Positions 14,800 through 24,833 of a DNA stretch of 28,323 bases are shown here, piece after piece. Numbering within the stretch: the stretch's first letter is position 1; each line of letters begins with the position of its first letter. The notes below the pieces were generated by a model, which was not told the DNA's origin, did not search any database, and saw only the letters and a list, made by a program, of their open reading frames with translations. The translations under genes and the position numbers were made by a program. This DNA is from Poseidonia sp. (GTDB lineage Archaea > Thermoplasmatota > Poseidoniia > Poseidoniales > Poseidoniaceae), in NCBI GenBank assembly GCA_034402455.1, contig DASCRS010000036.1, positions 1 through 28,323 on the forward strand, read 5' to 3'.

Positions 14800-15729
14800 A
14801 TGTCTAAAGTTCGTAATGTCATCATCATTGGCTCGGGCCCTGCAGGATACACCGCAGGATTGTACACTGGTCGGGCCATGCTTAACCCTCTTATGTTTGC
14901 AGGATATATGTCAGGTGGACAATTGATGCTCACTAGCGACATCGAAAATTTCCCTGGCTATCCTAAGGGCATTGGTGGGCCAGAGATGATGTCGGAACTT
15001 CGGGAACAGGCCGAACGTTTTGGTTTGGAAGTCCAAGATCGCAATGTTGATTCTGTGGACACCTCTCAGCGCCCTTTCAAGGTTGAAGTTGAAGGTGAGA
15101 CATTCCTTACTCACTCTATCATTGTCTGCACTGGAGCAGAATCCATTTGGCTCAATGCTCCAGGTGAAGAGGCACAAAAAGGCCGCGGCATTTCCACTTG
15201 TGCCACCTGCGATGGTGCCTTTTTCAGAGATGAAGAGGTAATGGTGATTGGTGGAGGCGACTCCGCTTGTGAGGAAGCGACCTTCCTTACCCGATTTGCA
15301 AGCAAAGTCACGCTTATTCATCGACGTGATGTATTCAAAGCGTCGACGATTATGTATGATAGGGCAGCAAACCATGAGAAAATTGAGATTCGTACCTTCC
15401 GTCAAGTCAAAGAGTGGCTCTCCGATGAAAAAGGCCTTACGGGGGCTGTTTTGGAGAATACTCAAGATGGTTCAACAGAGACCATTAACGTTACAGGAGC
15501 ATTCATTGCTATTGGTCACAAACCGATTACGGGATTCTTGGCAGGCCAAGTTGAGACCGATGAAGATGGCTATATTGTCAACAAGGAGCACACCATGACT
15601 TCAGTACCTGGTATTTTTGCAGCTGGAGATGTAGTTGATACGCGCTATAAGCAAGCCATTACCGCTGCAGGAATGGGTTGTTCGGCTGCTATTGATGTTG
15701 AAAAATGGCTTGAAGAGAACGTCCATTGA
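14800..15729 (+). CDS. trxB: Thioredoxin-disulfide reductase
   Basis: IIGSGPAGYTA, CATCDG, GGGDSACEEA and GIFAAGDV. Alternative start at 14788. Confidence 0.96.
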   Translation: MSKVRNVIIIGSGPAGYTAGLYTGRAMLNPLMFAGYMSGGQLMLTSDIENFPGYPKGIGGPEMMSELREQAERFGLEVQDRNVDSVDTSQRPFKVEVEGETFLTHSIIVCTGAESIWLNAPGEEAQKGRGISTCATCDGAFFRDEEVMVIGGGDSACEEATFLTRFASKVTLIHRRDVFKASTIMYDRAANHEKIEIRTFRQVKEWLSDEKGLTGAVLENTQDGSTETINVTGAFIAIGHKPITGFLAGQVETDEDGYIVNKEHTMTSVPGIFAAGDVVDTRYKQAITAAGMGCSAAIDVEKWLEENVH

Positions 15730-15768
15730 GGGCGGTGGATTCATCAAAGTGGCACCGTTGGAGGGTTC

Positions 15769-16938
15769 ATGGTTGACCTTGAACGGCATGCTCGCCATCT
15801 TTCCTTACCGAATGTAGGGATTGAAGGTCAGAAGAAGTTGGATGCTGCCCGTGTGTTAATCATCGGTGCAGGGGGTTTGGGCTCCCCTGCGGCACTTTAT
15901 CTCGCCGCCGCGGGAGTTGGACACATTGGTTTGGTAGACAATGACATTGTTGACCTGTCCAATCTTCAGCGTCAAATTTTGCATACGACAAAAAGTGTTG
16001 GAACACCTAAAGTTGAATCAGCAAAGGATAGAATTTTAGCACTTGATTCAGGAATCAAAGTGTCAACTTTCAATACTCGATTTAATCCAAAAAATGCAAT
16101 GGAATTGTTGGAAATGGGTTGGGATTTAGTCATTGACGGAACCGATAACATTCCCACACGATACCTTCTTGATGATGTCTGCAACTTGAATGAAACTCCT
16201 TGGGTCTATGGTTCTGTGTTCCAATTTGAGGGACAAGTAACAGTGTTTGGTTATCAAGGAGGCCCATCTTATCGGGATTTGTTCCCCGAACCTCCACCAT
16301 CCAATGCTGTTCCAAGTTGTGAGGAAGCAGGAGTATTTGGTGTACTTCCTGGTGTTATTGGTTTACTTCAAGCAACTGAAGCCATCAAACTGTTGTTAAG
16401 GCTTGAAGTAGCACTTTCAGGACGTTTGCTCATTTACGATGCAACAAAGATGTCGTTCACCTTTCTGTCCTTTGAAATTGACCCTGAGCGTCCAAAGGTA
16501 ACCGATTTGTCACATTCTGCCCCAATGTTTGATTCTTCCGAATGGTGCTCCCTTGACAACGATTCAAATGATGGTGACATTGAAAAAGAGGAAGCCCACG
16601 ATTCAACAAATATGTTCAATCACATTTCAATTGCTGAAGTTTTGAAACGAAGGTCAAGTGGATGGAAACCTTTCGTCATTGATGTGCGTTCAGACGCCGA
16701 ATATCAAGAAGAGCATGCTTCGTCGTGTGACCTTCAAGTTCCTCACGACCAAGTCGTGGCTGCTATTGATAAAATCCCCCCCAATCAAGATATTCTCGTT
16801 TACTGCCGTAGTGGAATGAGGTCACAACTTGCTGCAATGAGCATGCTGCAAGAGGGGTTGAATTCTGTAAGAGTGTACAATCTTGATGGTGGCATTATTG
16901 CATGGAAGGCTGCTGCACCTGATGAAATCGTCAACTGA
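15769..16938 (+). CDS. moeB: MoeB/MoeZ-type E1-like adenylyltransferase with a C-terminal rhodanese domain
   Basis: IIGAGGLGSP, SNLQRQ, DGTDN, PSCEEAGV and rhodanese YCRSGMRS. Zn-binding CxxC motifs are absent (SYRD), as in actinobacterial MoeZ. Confidence 0.92.
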   Translation: MVDLERHARHLSLPNVGIEGQKKLDAARVLIIGAGGLGSPAALYLAAAGVGHIGLVDNDIVDLSNLQRQILHTTKSVGTPKVESAKDRILALDSGIKVSTFNTRFNPKNAMELLEMGWDLVIDGTDNIPTRYLLDDVCNLNETPWVYGSVFQFEGQVTVFGYQGGPSYRDLFPEPPPSNAVPSCEEAGVFGVLPGVIGLLQATEAIKLLLRLEVALSGRLLIYDATKMSFTFLSFEIDPERPKVTDLSHSAPMFDSSEWCSLDNDSNDGDIEKEEAHDSTNMFNHISIAEVLKRRSSGWKPFVIDVRSDAEYQEEHASSCDLQVPHDQVVAAIDKIPPNQDILVYCRSGMRSQLAAMSMLQEGLNSVRVYNLDGGIIAWKAAAPDEIVN

Positions 16939-17758
16939 CGAGCAATGTTTCTCCACAAAACTTGCAATGTTTTGCATTTTTATCATGCCCTTCTTTTGAG
17001 CATGAATTACAAGCTCTTCGGTCTACTTCGCCCAATTTTATCAACTCTGATGAGACAATTCCAGTGGGGACGATGATAAGGCTATAACCAAGAACCATGA
17101 TTGCAACGGCCAAAAATTTGCCCATTGGTGTTGATGGTACGGTATCCCCATATCCAGTACCAGTAATCGTTGTCAGTGACCAATATACGCTTTGAGGAAT
17201 AGATGTGAAACCATTTGTAGGACCTTCCAAGAGGTACATCATCGCCCCGGATATGAACCCTAGAATAGTTACTGTGAATAGAAAGATGATTATTCGTGTT
17301 CTTGACTGTGAAATAGCTTGAATCAATACTTCTCCTTCGTCAATGTATCTACTGAGTTTCAAGACTCTAAACATTCTGAGTAATCGCATTGCTCGAAGGA
17401 CTAGGAGGCTTTGTGCCCCTGGAATAATTAAACTGAGGTATGTTGGCAAAATTGCAATTAAGTCAATCATTCCAAAAAACGATGTAGCATATTTTTGGGA
17501 TTTTTTCGTTGAATATAGCCGAAGTAAATATTCCAATGTAAATAGAATTGTGATGATCCATTCAATCATTCTCAATTCGGCGTGATAGTTTTTGTCTATG
17601 GAATCCACACTTTCAAGAGAAACTGCAACAATTGAGGCTATAATTGCTATGAGCAAAGCAACATCAAAAAATTTCCCAGAGGGAGACTCCGCTTCAAAAA
17701 TAACTCGATGAATGCGCTCTTTCAATGGCCGTTGTTCACTTTGCATTATTTCGGCCAT
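16931..17758 (-). CDS. Voltage-gated K+-channel-like ion transporter (6 TM) with a C-terminal Cys knuckle
   Basis: S4-like LRAMRLLRMFRVLK, pore YWSLTTITGTGYGD and C-terminal CNSC..CKFC. Confidence 0.88.
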   Translation of the reverse strand: MAEIMQSEQRPLKERIHRVIFEAESPSGKFFDVALLIAIIASIVAVSLESVDSIDKNYHAELRMIEWIITILFTLEYLLRLYSTKKSQKYATSFFGMIDLIAILPTYLSLIIPGAQSLLVLRAMRLLRMFRVLKLSRYIDEGEVLIQAISQSRTRIIIFLFTVTILGFISGAMMYLLEGPTNGFTSIPQSVYWSLTTITGTGYGDTVPSTPMGKFLAVAIMVLGYSLIIVPTGIVSSELIKLGEVDRRACNSCSKEGHDKNAKHCKFCGETLLVS

Positions 17759-17916
17759 AATGAGCCTACCTTGGGATTTGTTTAAGGAAGGTTTTGGTAA
17801 AGTAAGGTTAAATGGTGAGTTTTGATACCACTCTCAAGAATACGGGTCCCTTTTGAGTTTCAAAGGGTGATATTGAAAGGTGCTCCTCTCTTCCTCAATT
17901 TGAGGAGGGGGAGAAG

Positions 17917-18990
17917 ATAGCAAGAATCATCGTTGCGGATGAAAACGAAGGGCGGAGAAACCTTCTCGCCAACACCTTCGATAGGGAAGGCTTTGATGTT
18001 ACAAGAACACCCTCTTTGAAGCAGACAGAAGCGACTGCAACAGTTGTATTTCCAGATGTTCTTTTACTAGAGAGTGAATGGGCTGAAGGCAGCGTATTAG
18101 ATGCATGCCAAAGGATGAACGGATTGCCCAAATTCAGAAATAATACTAGGATTGTTATTCTTTCACGTACAACAACACCTGATTTTCTTTCATCTGCCGC
18201 TTTAGCAGGAGTGGCTGAAGTGATAGGAAAGCCAGTTGACATGAACCAACTCATCAGCCAAATTCAGCGCCATGCATCAAAACAATTTGTACCTCCTCCT
18301 GCAGAGGTCTCATCGAATCAAGGTGGCGGAATTGGGGGTCAACGCTTTGATGTTTCAATGACAATGAATGATAGCCAATGGGCCTTACCGATGCTTCGTA
18401 GGCTGGTTGAAGCAGGAAATATTGACGATGATTTTGTTCGTGATATTCAGGCCGAAATGCTTGGAGGTGGCGAGGATGAAGAGGAACCGACTTTGACTTC
18501 CGAAGAATTGACAACAATGATTCGTCTTTCTCTAAACCGTCTTGTTGGCTCTAGTGATTTAGAGTCTCAAGAACCTCCTAAAGAAGCCTCTAAAGGTCCA
18601 TCATTTAGTTCAATAAGCAAAGGAAAATCATTGTCAGGCGGGGCGGGGCAGCCTCTTCCTTCATCTGGAGGCATAGGTGGTTCGATGGAAGATATTCTTG
18701 AAAAGCAAGCCCGAGAACTAGCAGAAGAAATAGAGGGGAAAATGGATGAAATCCTTGATGAGGAGCCAGAATATGTCTCTCTTTTGAACTCTGATGAACA
18801 GTCTTTTATCGATCCTGAAACACTTACTATGACGCAACTAACTACGGAAGTTGTCCATGACTTGTTGAAATTACTAAATCGACCAGGGGCAGTTTCTGAC
18901 CTCACTCTTTTGACTCAAATTGAGGATGCTCTTTCTCTCACTGGAGATGTATTGGAAGCATTGCCTGTGAAGGAGGAAGAGGAGGAATGA
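17917..18990 (+). CDS. Atypical receiver (response-regulator-like) protein with an acidic C-terminal region; apparent ATA start
   Basis: The frame is open upstream of the ORF-track TTG at 18016 and reads (M)ARIIVADENEGRRNLLANTFDREGFDV. Receiver motifs PDVLLLE, IVILS and IGKP follow. GAGGAGG lies 8 nt before ATA at 17917. Confidence 0.75.
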   Translation: MARIIVADENEGRRNLLANTFDREGFDVTRTPSLKQTEATATVVFPDVLLLESEWAEGSVLDACQRMNGLPKFRNNTRIVILSRTTTPDFLSSAALAGVAEVIGKPVDMNQLISQIQRHASKQFVPPPAEVSSNQGGGIGGQRFDVSMTMNDSQWALPMLRRLVEAGNIDDDFVRDIQAEMLGGGEDEEEPTLTSEELTTMIRLSLNRLVGSSDLESQEPPKEASKGPSFSSISKGKSLSGGAGQPLPSSGGIGGSMEDILEKQARELAEEIEGKMDEILDEEPEYVSLLNSDEQSFIDPETLTMTQLTTEVVHDLLKLLNRPGAVSDLTLLTQIEDALSLTGDVLEALPVKEEEEE

Positions 18991-20246
18991 ATAATTCTAT
19001 AGAAAGAGAGCATGATATTGCTTTTCGTGCTTTAATTTCTGCATTCTTCGTCAACTTTCTTGGTTATGCCTTCATTGTTCCGATCCTTCCATCATGGCAA
19101 TCCCAATTTGATATTAACGCAACTCAAGCAACGCTCTTGGTTTCTTTATGGGCGGTTCCAATGTTTCTCATGGGGCCTCTATCTGGTAGAATAACAGACC
19201 GTTATGGGGCGGGGAAAACGATACTGACTAGCCTCATTCTTCTAACATTTTCAAGTGGAGTTTACTTGCTGGCAACAAACGAGTGGCTACCCCATCCCTT
19301 CCTTGCTCTCTGTTTTGCTCGTTTGCTTCATGGAGCATCTGGCGCAACCATCATGACAGCGGGTTTAGCTGCTGCATCGCAATTATGGCCAACTCAATTC
19401 GGTGAACAAGCAGGAAAGTTGCTTGGAATTGCTGCAATTGGAGGTTTGCTTGGTCCAGTTTTTGGTGGAGTTCTTTTCGCGTGGGGAGAAGCATTGGCTT
19501 TCGGTTTCCTTGCTTTTGTAACTCTTTGCATTATACCAATCGTTGCATTTGCAAGTAGGTCCATTGGGAAAGCACAGAAGCCTTCGCTTGGCGGAGCATC
19601 AGTCAAGGTTTTCTTTACCGACCCAGTATTACTCAGAGTTGGCATCCTCCTAACTATCACGACCATTGCTACAGGTGCTCTTGAAGCCGGTGTGCCTTTG
19701 TTTTTGAACGATACATTGGGATTAAGTTCTGCTGAAATCGGCGGCGTATTGTTGGTCATGGTACTGATGCAAGGTTTGGGCTCGTACATCTGGGGTAAAC
19801 TCGTTGACCGAAACGGTCCAACACGTTACATGATTCTGGGATGGTCGGTAGTAGTTTTATCGCTACTCGGGGTTGGTTATGTGGGCTGGAGGTATACGGG
19901 CAATAACGCCGTATTTGGGATGATTATCTTATTGGGCGCCTTCCAATTTTCTATTGCAGCAGCACAAATCCCCATGCTCCCCATTATTGATACCGCCACC
20001 AATCGTGCTTTAGGAGAAGGAAATCCGGGATTGGCTTTTGGGGCATTCGGGACCGCTTGGGCAGCGGGGACCATTCTTGGACCGTTGTTGGTTGGACCCG
20101 TATTCGATGTGTTCCAATCTTGGGCTTTGGCCCTTGGAGTCCTTGCAATACCGGCATCAATAGCGTTGGTCATTACATTGAGGAATAGAGAAATGCTTCA
20201 CGAGTGTTATGATTTAGAGATGCAGCGACGTTTGAATGCTCAATGA
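18987..20246 (+). CDS. MFS transporter
   Basis: About 12 TM helices, motif A GRITDRYG and second-half GKLVDRNG. ATGA overlap with the upstream gene. Confidence 0.9.
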   Translation: MNNSIEREHDIAFRALISAFFVNFLGYAFIVPILPSWQSQFDINATQATLLVSLWAVPMFLMGPLSGRITDRYGAGKTILTSLILLTFSSGVYLLATNEWLPHPFLALCFARLLHGASGATIMTAGLAAASQLWPTQFGEQAGKLLGIAAIGGLLGPVFGGVLFAWGEALAFGFLAFVTLCIIPIVAFASRSIGKAQKPSLGGASVKVFFTDPVLLRVGILLTITTIATGALEAGVPLFLNDTLGLSSAEIGGVLLVMVLMQGLGSYIWGKLVDRNGPTRYMILGWSVVVLSLLGVGYVGWRYTGNNAVFGMIILLGAFQFSIAAAQIPMLPIIDTATNRALGEGNPGLAFGAFGTAWAAGTILGPLLVGPVFDVFQSWALALGVLAIPASIALVITLRNREMLHECYDLEMQRRLNAQ

Positions 20247-20322
20247 GTTCACACTTGGCAAGGGAGTCTATCCAAACATAGTATTGAAACGAAACACTCC
20301 CTAGCAGGGTTGAGGTGGCGTT

Positions 20323-22926
20323 ATGTCTCAAGGTGATCTGCCAAAAATTTTCGGAGCCGTTTGGGCTCCAAAAGAGGCGTTAAAATTTGTTCAGCCGCTC
20401 CTGCAAGATGCCGCTCGTTCTGAAGTGCTATCTTTTGTTGCCCAACGGCATGACGCCCACCTTTTCCTCGTTGCAAATGTTTGGGACCATATGGTAAGTA
20501 ACGAACCAAAACAGTTTGAAGGACCTTCATGGCACACCTTTTCAGAGCGTTTTTTGAATGGGTTAGAGCGAGGGATGAAAAAGCAAGCAAAAACCACGCT
20601 TAAAGACGAACTTGAGCGTGAAGTTGTTCCCCGTCGAAGCATGGGGCTGATGCTTGAGCGTCGGCGCCAATATTTTCTCATTGACATGCGATTGATGTTG
20701 CGCCGTCTTGCACACTACATGGCTATTACAGTGGCTAATCGCATGGAGTGGCAGCGGTACATGACTAGAACTCGCAACCTCGACACTTCGCTCAAAGAAT
20801 TGTTTACAGAAAGAGTTGAGACTCCAGACGGAGGGACCTTTGGTGGCAAAGGATTCCGTTCCACATGGCAGGAAGGAGTTGTTGCTGTTGCTACTGCTCT
20901 TAACCGTCAACCAGATTCTCCTCGTGATGCTCGCCCAGGAGATGGATATGATGGCGATTTGGTCGCTCCGATGATTCGTGACATCGGTCTTTGCCTCGCA
21001 ATGGGGGATACTGCCCTTGATGTGATGGCGGCAAATCTTGGGAAAGTAGGCTCCAACCAAAATGGAGGGTGGGAAGACGCTGGAGGCCGAGACTTGCATG
21101 TTGGAGCATGGCATGTAGGAGTATTACCTCCTACCGCACCACTTCCAATAGCCAGCGTAACAATGACTGGAATGGCTTTTGCCGCATGGCGCCAAGGGCT
21201 CAATAGATTTCATGTAGCGTGTATTGGAGAGGGGTCATCATCAAGCGGAGAGTTTTGGGAAGCAATGAATCTTGCCGGTGCTCGTGGACTTCCTATCACT
21301 TACATTCTTCAGAATAATCAAATTGCTCTAGACACTCCGCCTGCCAAACAATCAGGTGTTGAATTATGGGCAGATAAAGCGGAAGCGATGGGCTTCCCTT
21401 CTTGGACGATTGATGGCTCTGACCCTGCTGCCTGGCATGCATCAACAGCGGTAGCCCGTGAATATTCACTTGCAGGCGGTGGTCCGACACTTATTCATGT
21501 TGAAACCATGCGTGGATGCGGCCATGCTCATCATCACGATGATTTGTATCTCGGCAATCCAAGCGGGACTTCTCCAGGGTATGTGGACAAAGAATTACTT
21601 TCCTATTGGGAAGCTAAGGACCCCATTCCAAATCATCGTAACCTTCTGTTAGATTTGGGTGTTGATGAGAAGGACCTTGAGGCCATGGAATTGGAAGAAC
21701 AAAAAGGAGTTGAAGAAGCCCGTTCTCTTCTTGATAAAATGGATTGGCCAGAACCTGAAACAGTGACAAAGGGCATCACTTCCATCCACGATGCAGAAAC
21801 TCATGAGAGTCACCTAAATCGTCTTGCAGGAAAGAATCGGACAACTCTGGCAAAGTCCCCACTTGAAATTGGTGAGATTCAACTTGTTTACGCTGAAAAA
21901 GGTGGTTGGACGTATGCTCGAGCCATTCAGCAAGCAATGTCCGATATTGCTACCATATTTGGCAAGGATTGTGTATTCATCGGAGAAGATATGGAAGTTG
22001 CTGGTGCATTTGGAATGAATATGGCTCTAAAAAACGCAGGGCATGAAGATAAGTTAGTTGACATGCCTCTTTGCGAAGCAGTCATCGTCCATACAGGAGT
22101 TGGAGCAGCACTTTCAGGAATGCGGCCAATGGTAGAAATTCAATTTGGAGGTTTTGCTGCTTTGGGCTTTAATGCCCTCATTAACAATGCGTCCATGCTA
22201 CGCTGGCGCTGGGGCGCAGATTGTCCTATGACAGTTCGTATTCCGCTTGGAGCCAGAACCCAATCTGGCCCATTTCATGCAAATATGATCGAATCCTGGT
22301 TCGCCAATGACCCCGGACTAATCGTTATCGCCCCAGGTACTCCTCAAGATGCCTACGATTTACTCGTTGAGGCATCACATCTACCAGACCCTGTATTGAT
22401 GCTTGAGCACATCGGATTGTATGGATTGCGAGGAGGGCTAACCGGATGGGGTATGAACATCAATCAAAATGTGGACACTCAGTCGGTCAAAAAGCGAATT
22501 GAATCAGGAGATGGTTTGACCATTGGTCAAGCAAATATTGTTAGAGGTGGGTGCGATGTTACTCTCGTTACATGGGGTGCTATGGTTCACATTGCATTGC
22601 AAGCAGCCAATATTCTCTCAAAGGAAGGTATTGAAGTTGAAATTGTGGACTTAAGGACACTTATCCCCTTTGACGCAACCACATGTATTGAATCGGTTCA
22701 GAGGACAAATAGATTGGTGATTCTTCAGGAAGGGCAATGGTCAGGTGGGTTGGGCCATACGATACAATCTCGAATTTTGGAAGAGTGCTTCTATGACCTA
22801 GAGTCTGCGCCATGCGTCATCGGTGCCTTGGATACACCTGTGCCGTTTTCGCCACCGTTGGAAAAACATACTGTTCCTTCTCTTGAGCATGTGATTGATG
22901 TGGTTCGTACCTCGTTTCAATCCTAA
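20323..22926 (+). CDS. Fused alpha+beta E1 component of a 2-oxoacid dehydrogenase (TPP-dependent) with an N-terminal extension
   Basis: GEG...NN TPP motif, RGCGH, GEDM, DMPLCE, EIQFGGF, GPFH and DLRTLIPFD. GAGGTGG site upstream. Confidence 0.9.
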   Translation: MSQGDLPKIFGAVWAPKEALKFVQPLLQDAARSEVLSFVAQRHDAHLFLVANVWDHMVSNEPKQFEGPSWHTFSERFLNGLERGMKKQAKTTLKDELEREVVPRRSMGLMLERRRQYFLIDMRLMLRRLAHYMAITVANRMEWQRYMTRTRNLDTSLKELFTERVETPDGGTFGGKGFRSTWQEGVVAVATALNRQPDSPRDARPGDGYDGDLVAPMIRDIGLCLAMGDTALDVMAANLGKVGSNQNGGWEDAGGRDLHVGAWHVGVLPPTAPLPIASVTMTGMAFAAWRQGLNRFHVACIGEGSSSSGEFWEAMNLAGARGLPITYILQNNQIALDTPPAKQSGVELWADKAEAMGFPSWTIDGSDPAAWHASTAVAREYSLAGGGPTLIHVETMRGCGHAHHHDDLYLGNPSGTSPGYVDKELLSYWEAKDPIPNHRNLLLDLGVDEKDLEAMELEEQKGVEEARSLLDKMDWPEPETVTKGITSIHDAETHESHLNRLAGKNRTTLAKSPLEIGEIQLVYAEKGGWTYARAIQQAMSDIATIFGKDCVFIGEDMEVAGAFGMNMALKNAGHEDKLVDMPLCEAVIVHTGVGAALSGMRPMVEIQFGGFAALGFNALINNASMLRWRWGADCPMTVRIPLGARTQSGPFHANMIESWFANDPGLIVIAPGTPQDAYDLLVEASHLPDPVLMLEHIGLYGLRGGLTGWGMNINQNVDTQSVKKRIESGDGLTIGQANIVRGGCDVTLVTWGAMVHIALQAANILSKEGIEVEIVDLRTLIPFDATTCIESVQRTNRLVILQEGQWSGGLGHTIQSRILEECFYDLESAPCVIGALDTPVPFSPPLEKHTVPSLEHVIDVVRTSFQS

Positions 22927-22930
22927 GGCG

Positions 22931-23542
22931 TCATTTTTCTCGAAATGCGAGCCGTTTAACATCGCATGCAAGCCATGCTCCTAAAATCGTAGAGGTGCTG
23001 TAAAACAGGAGACTTGGCCACAATCCTGATACAATATTTGGTCCAAAGGTGCGTGCTGGGTTCATACTTGCTCCTGTTTCGGGACCGGCAAAGTATGCGA
23101 GAATTCCCACAGTTGCCCCTACCCACAAGGCGAGGACTGGAATAGAAGGTTCTCTCTGGACAACGAGGAATATGCTAAGCATCAAAATCATAGTTATGAC
23201 AACTTCAATTGTGAACGCTTGAAGGAGTGTAAGATTGGGCGCAATAGTTGTTGGACCAGCGCCTCCTAGCAACATTGCAGCAAATAATGCCCCAGTCAAT
23301 TGTCCACAGATGTAGAGTCGTAGTTGGCGGTTGTCAATTCTCCCCTCTCTCCAAAATGCAATTGATACTGCAGGATTGATGTGGGCTCCACTGATATTTC
23401 CAAACAGAAGGATTGCAAGGGTTACAGCAGCAGCAAAGGTGAAGGAAATCCACTCATGACTTGCGCCATAGTAAACACTTCCACAACCTAGGCCAACCAT
23501 CAATGCGGTGCCAAGGAATTCAGAGATTGATTGGCGGGCCAT
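22931..23542 (-). CDS. Aquaporin / MIP family channel
   Basis: SEFLGT, SGAHINPAVS and GASMNPARTFGP. Start inferred at the ATG at 23542. Confidence 0.92.
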   Translation of the reverse strand: MARQSISEFLGTALMVGLGCGSVYYGASHEWISFTFAAAVTLAILLFGNISGAHINPAVSIAFWREGRIDNRQLRLYICGQLTGALFAAMLLGGAGPTTIAPNLTLLQAFTIEVVITMILMLSIFLVVQREPSIPVLALWVGATVGILAYFAGPETGASMNPARTFGPNIVSGLWPSLLFYSTSTILGAWLACDVKRLAFREK

Positions 23543-23660
23543 ATCCGTCGGGAGTAGGCCATATATTGAAACCATTTTGACCCTATAATGAGGGGCCAAC
23601 CATGCGAATGGTCAATAGGGGAATAGTCTTGGAAGTGTCATGGGGGATGAGGCAGGGGTC

Positions 23661-24773
23661 ATGGGCATTCCCCAGTTAGTCCTCAGTAACACCCTTCTCA
23701 TCAATGGTGCTCTTTTCCTTGGCCTTCTAGTAATTCATTCAGGTATTGAAGAAGCACACCTTGATAGCGTGCCTGTCTCAATCGCTCTTTTGGTCATGGC
23801 CATGGCCTTGCTTATCAAGTCAGCAGATTTCTTCATCGAAGGAGCGAAAGGATTGGCTTATCGCGCAGGCCTTCCAGAGGTTGTAATTGGCTTGACAATC
23901 GTTTCAATTGGCACGTCACTTCCTGAAATTCTCGTAACCACAACTTCTGCCGCTGATATTCGTTTCCGGGGAGCAGATGCTCAATTAGCAGACTTTGCTT
24001 TGGGTGGCATTTTTGGTTCGATTCTCGTCCAAATCACCTTCATTTTAGGGTTTGTTGTTACTTTCCGCGGAGTTAAAATTCGCCCTTCTTGGGTCAAGCG
24101 AGACGGCCTTATTATGCTTGCATCCATTCTATTACTAACATTCTTTTTGATAACAGGAGACCAACTTAGTAGCATGGAAGGTCTTGTATTGGTGATTCTC
24201 TATTGCGCATACATCTACTGGTTATTATCTAATAGAGAGGAAATTTTGCGAGAAGAGACATCCAATGAATCAGAAATTGAACGCACCTCAAATTGGACTA
24301 CTGCTTCGTATATTCTCATGGTCACACTCGGTCTTTTATTGGCTCTGTTCGCAGCACACCATCTGGTTGAAATTGCAAGTGACATGGCCTATGACCTTGC
24401 CATTCCACATGCGGTAGTAGGTACAACAGTGTCTGGTCTTGGCACCTCTTTGCCCGAACTTACCATTGCTTTCATGGCTGCAAAAAGAAGTGAAGGAGTA
24501 GCCATTGGAGCCCTTATTGGTTCTAATATCACCGACCCTCTCCTCTCCGTCGGCCTTGCTGCTATGATCAATCCCTTGGGGCTAACCAGTGGTGGATATC
24601 CCCTAACCATGTATCTCATAATTCCAGCAACTATTGTCGGGACCATCGTCGCTTTGGGAATGATGCGCTCACAATATGAATTCAAGCGATGGGAAGGTAT
24701 TGCCTTAGTCGCATTTTATCTCATCTTTTTGGGACTCCTTGTCGCTCAAAGGCAAGGTATCCTTGTTCTTTGA
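23661..24773 (+). CDS. Sodium:calcium (CaCA, YrbG-like) antiporter
   Basis: Two alpha repeats, GLTIVSIGTSLPE and GTTVSGLGTSLPE, plus IGSNITD. Alternative start at 23640. Confidence 0.9.
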   Translation: MGIPQLVLSNTLLINGALFLGLLVIHSGIEEAHLDSVPVSIALLVMAMALLIKSADFFIEGAKGLAYRAGLPEVVIGLTIVSIGTSLPEILVTTTSAADIRFRGADAQLADFALGGIFGSILVQITFILGFVVTFRGVKIRPSWVKRDGLIMLASILLLTFFLITGDQLSSMEGLVLVILYCAYIYWLLSNREEILREETSNESEIERTSNWTTASYILMVTLGLLLALFAAHHLVEIASDMAYDLAIPHAVVGTTVSGLGTSLPELTIAFMAAKRSEGVAIGALIGSNITDPLLSVGLAAMINPLGLTSGGYPLTMYLIIPATIVGTIVALGMMRSQYEFKRWEGIALVAFYLIFLGLLVAQRQGILVL

Positions 24774-24833
24774 AGGCGAGTTCGCTTGAGTTTGAATCCT
24801 AATCGCCTTAAGGGAGCGGCCCTTGGGTGAAAC

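Noticed and set aside
16261-16500. Loss of Zn-binding CxxC motifs in MoeB as a sign of pseudogenisation
   Set aside because: The YRD variant is known in functional MoeZ-type proteins. The ATP-binding motifs, conserved PSC Cys and rhodanese Cys are intact.
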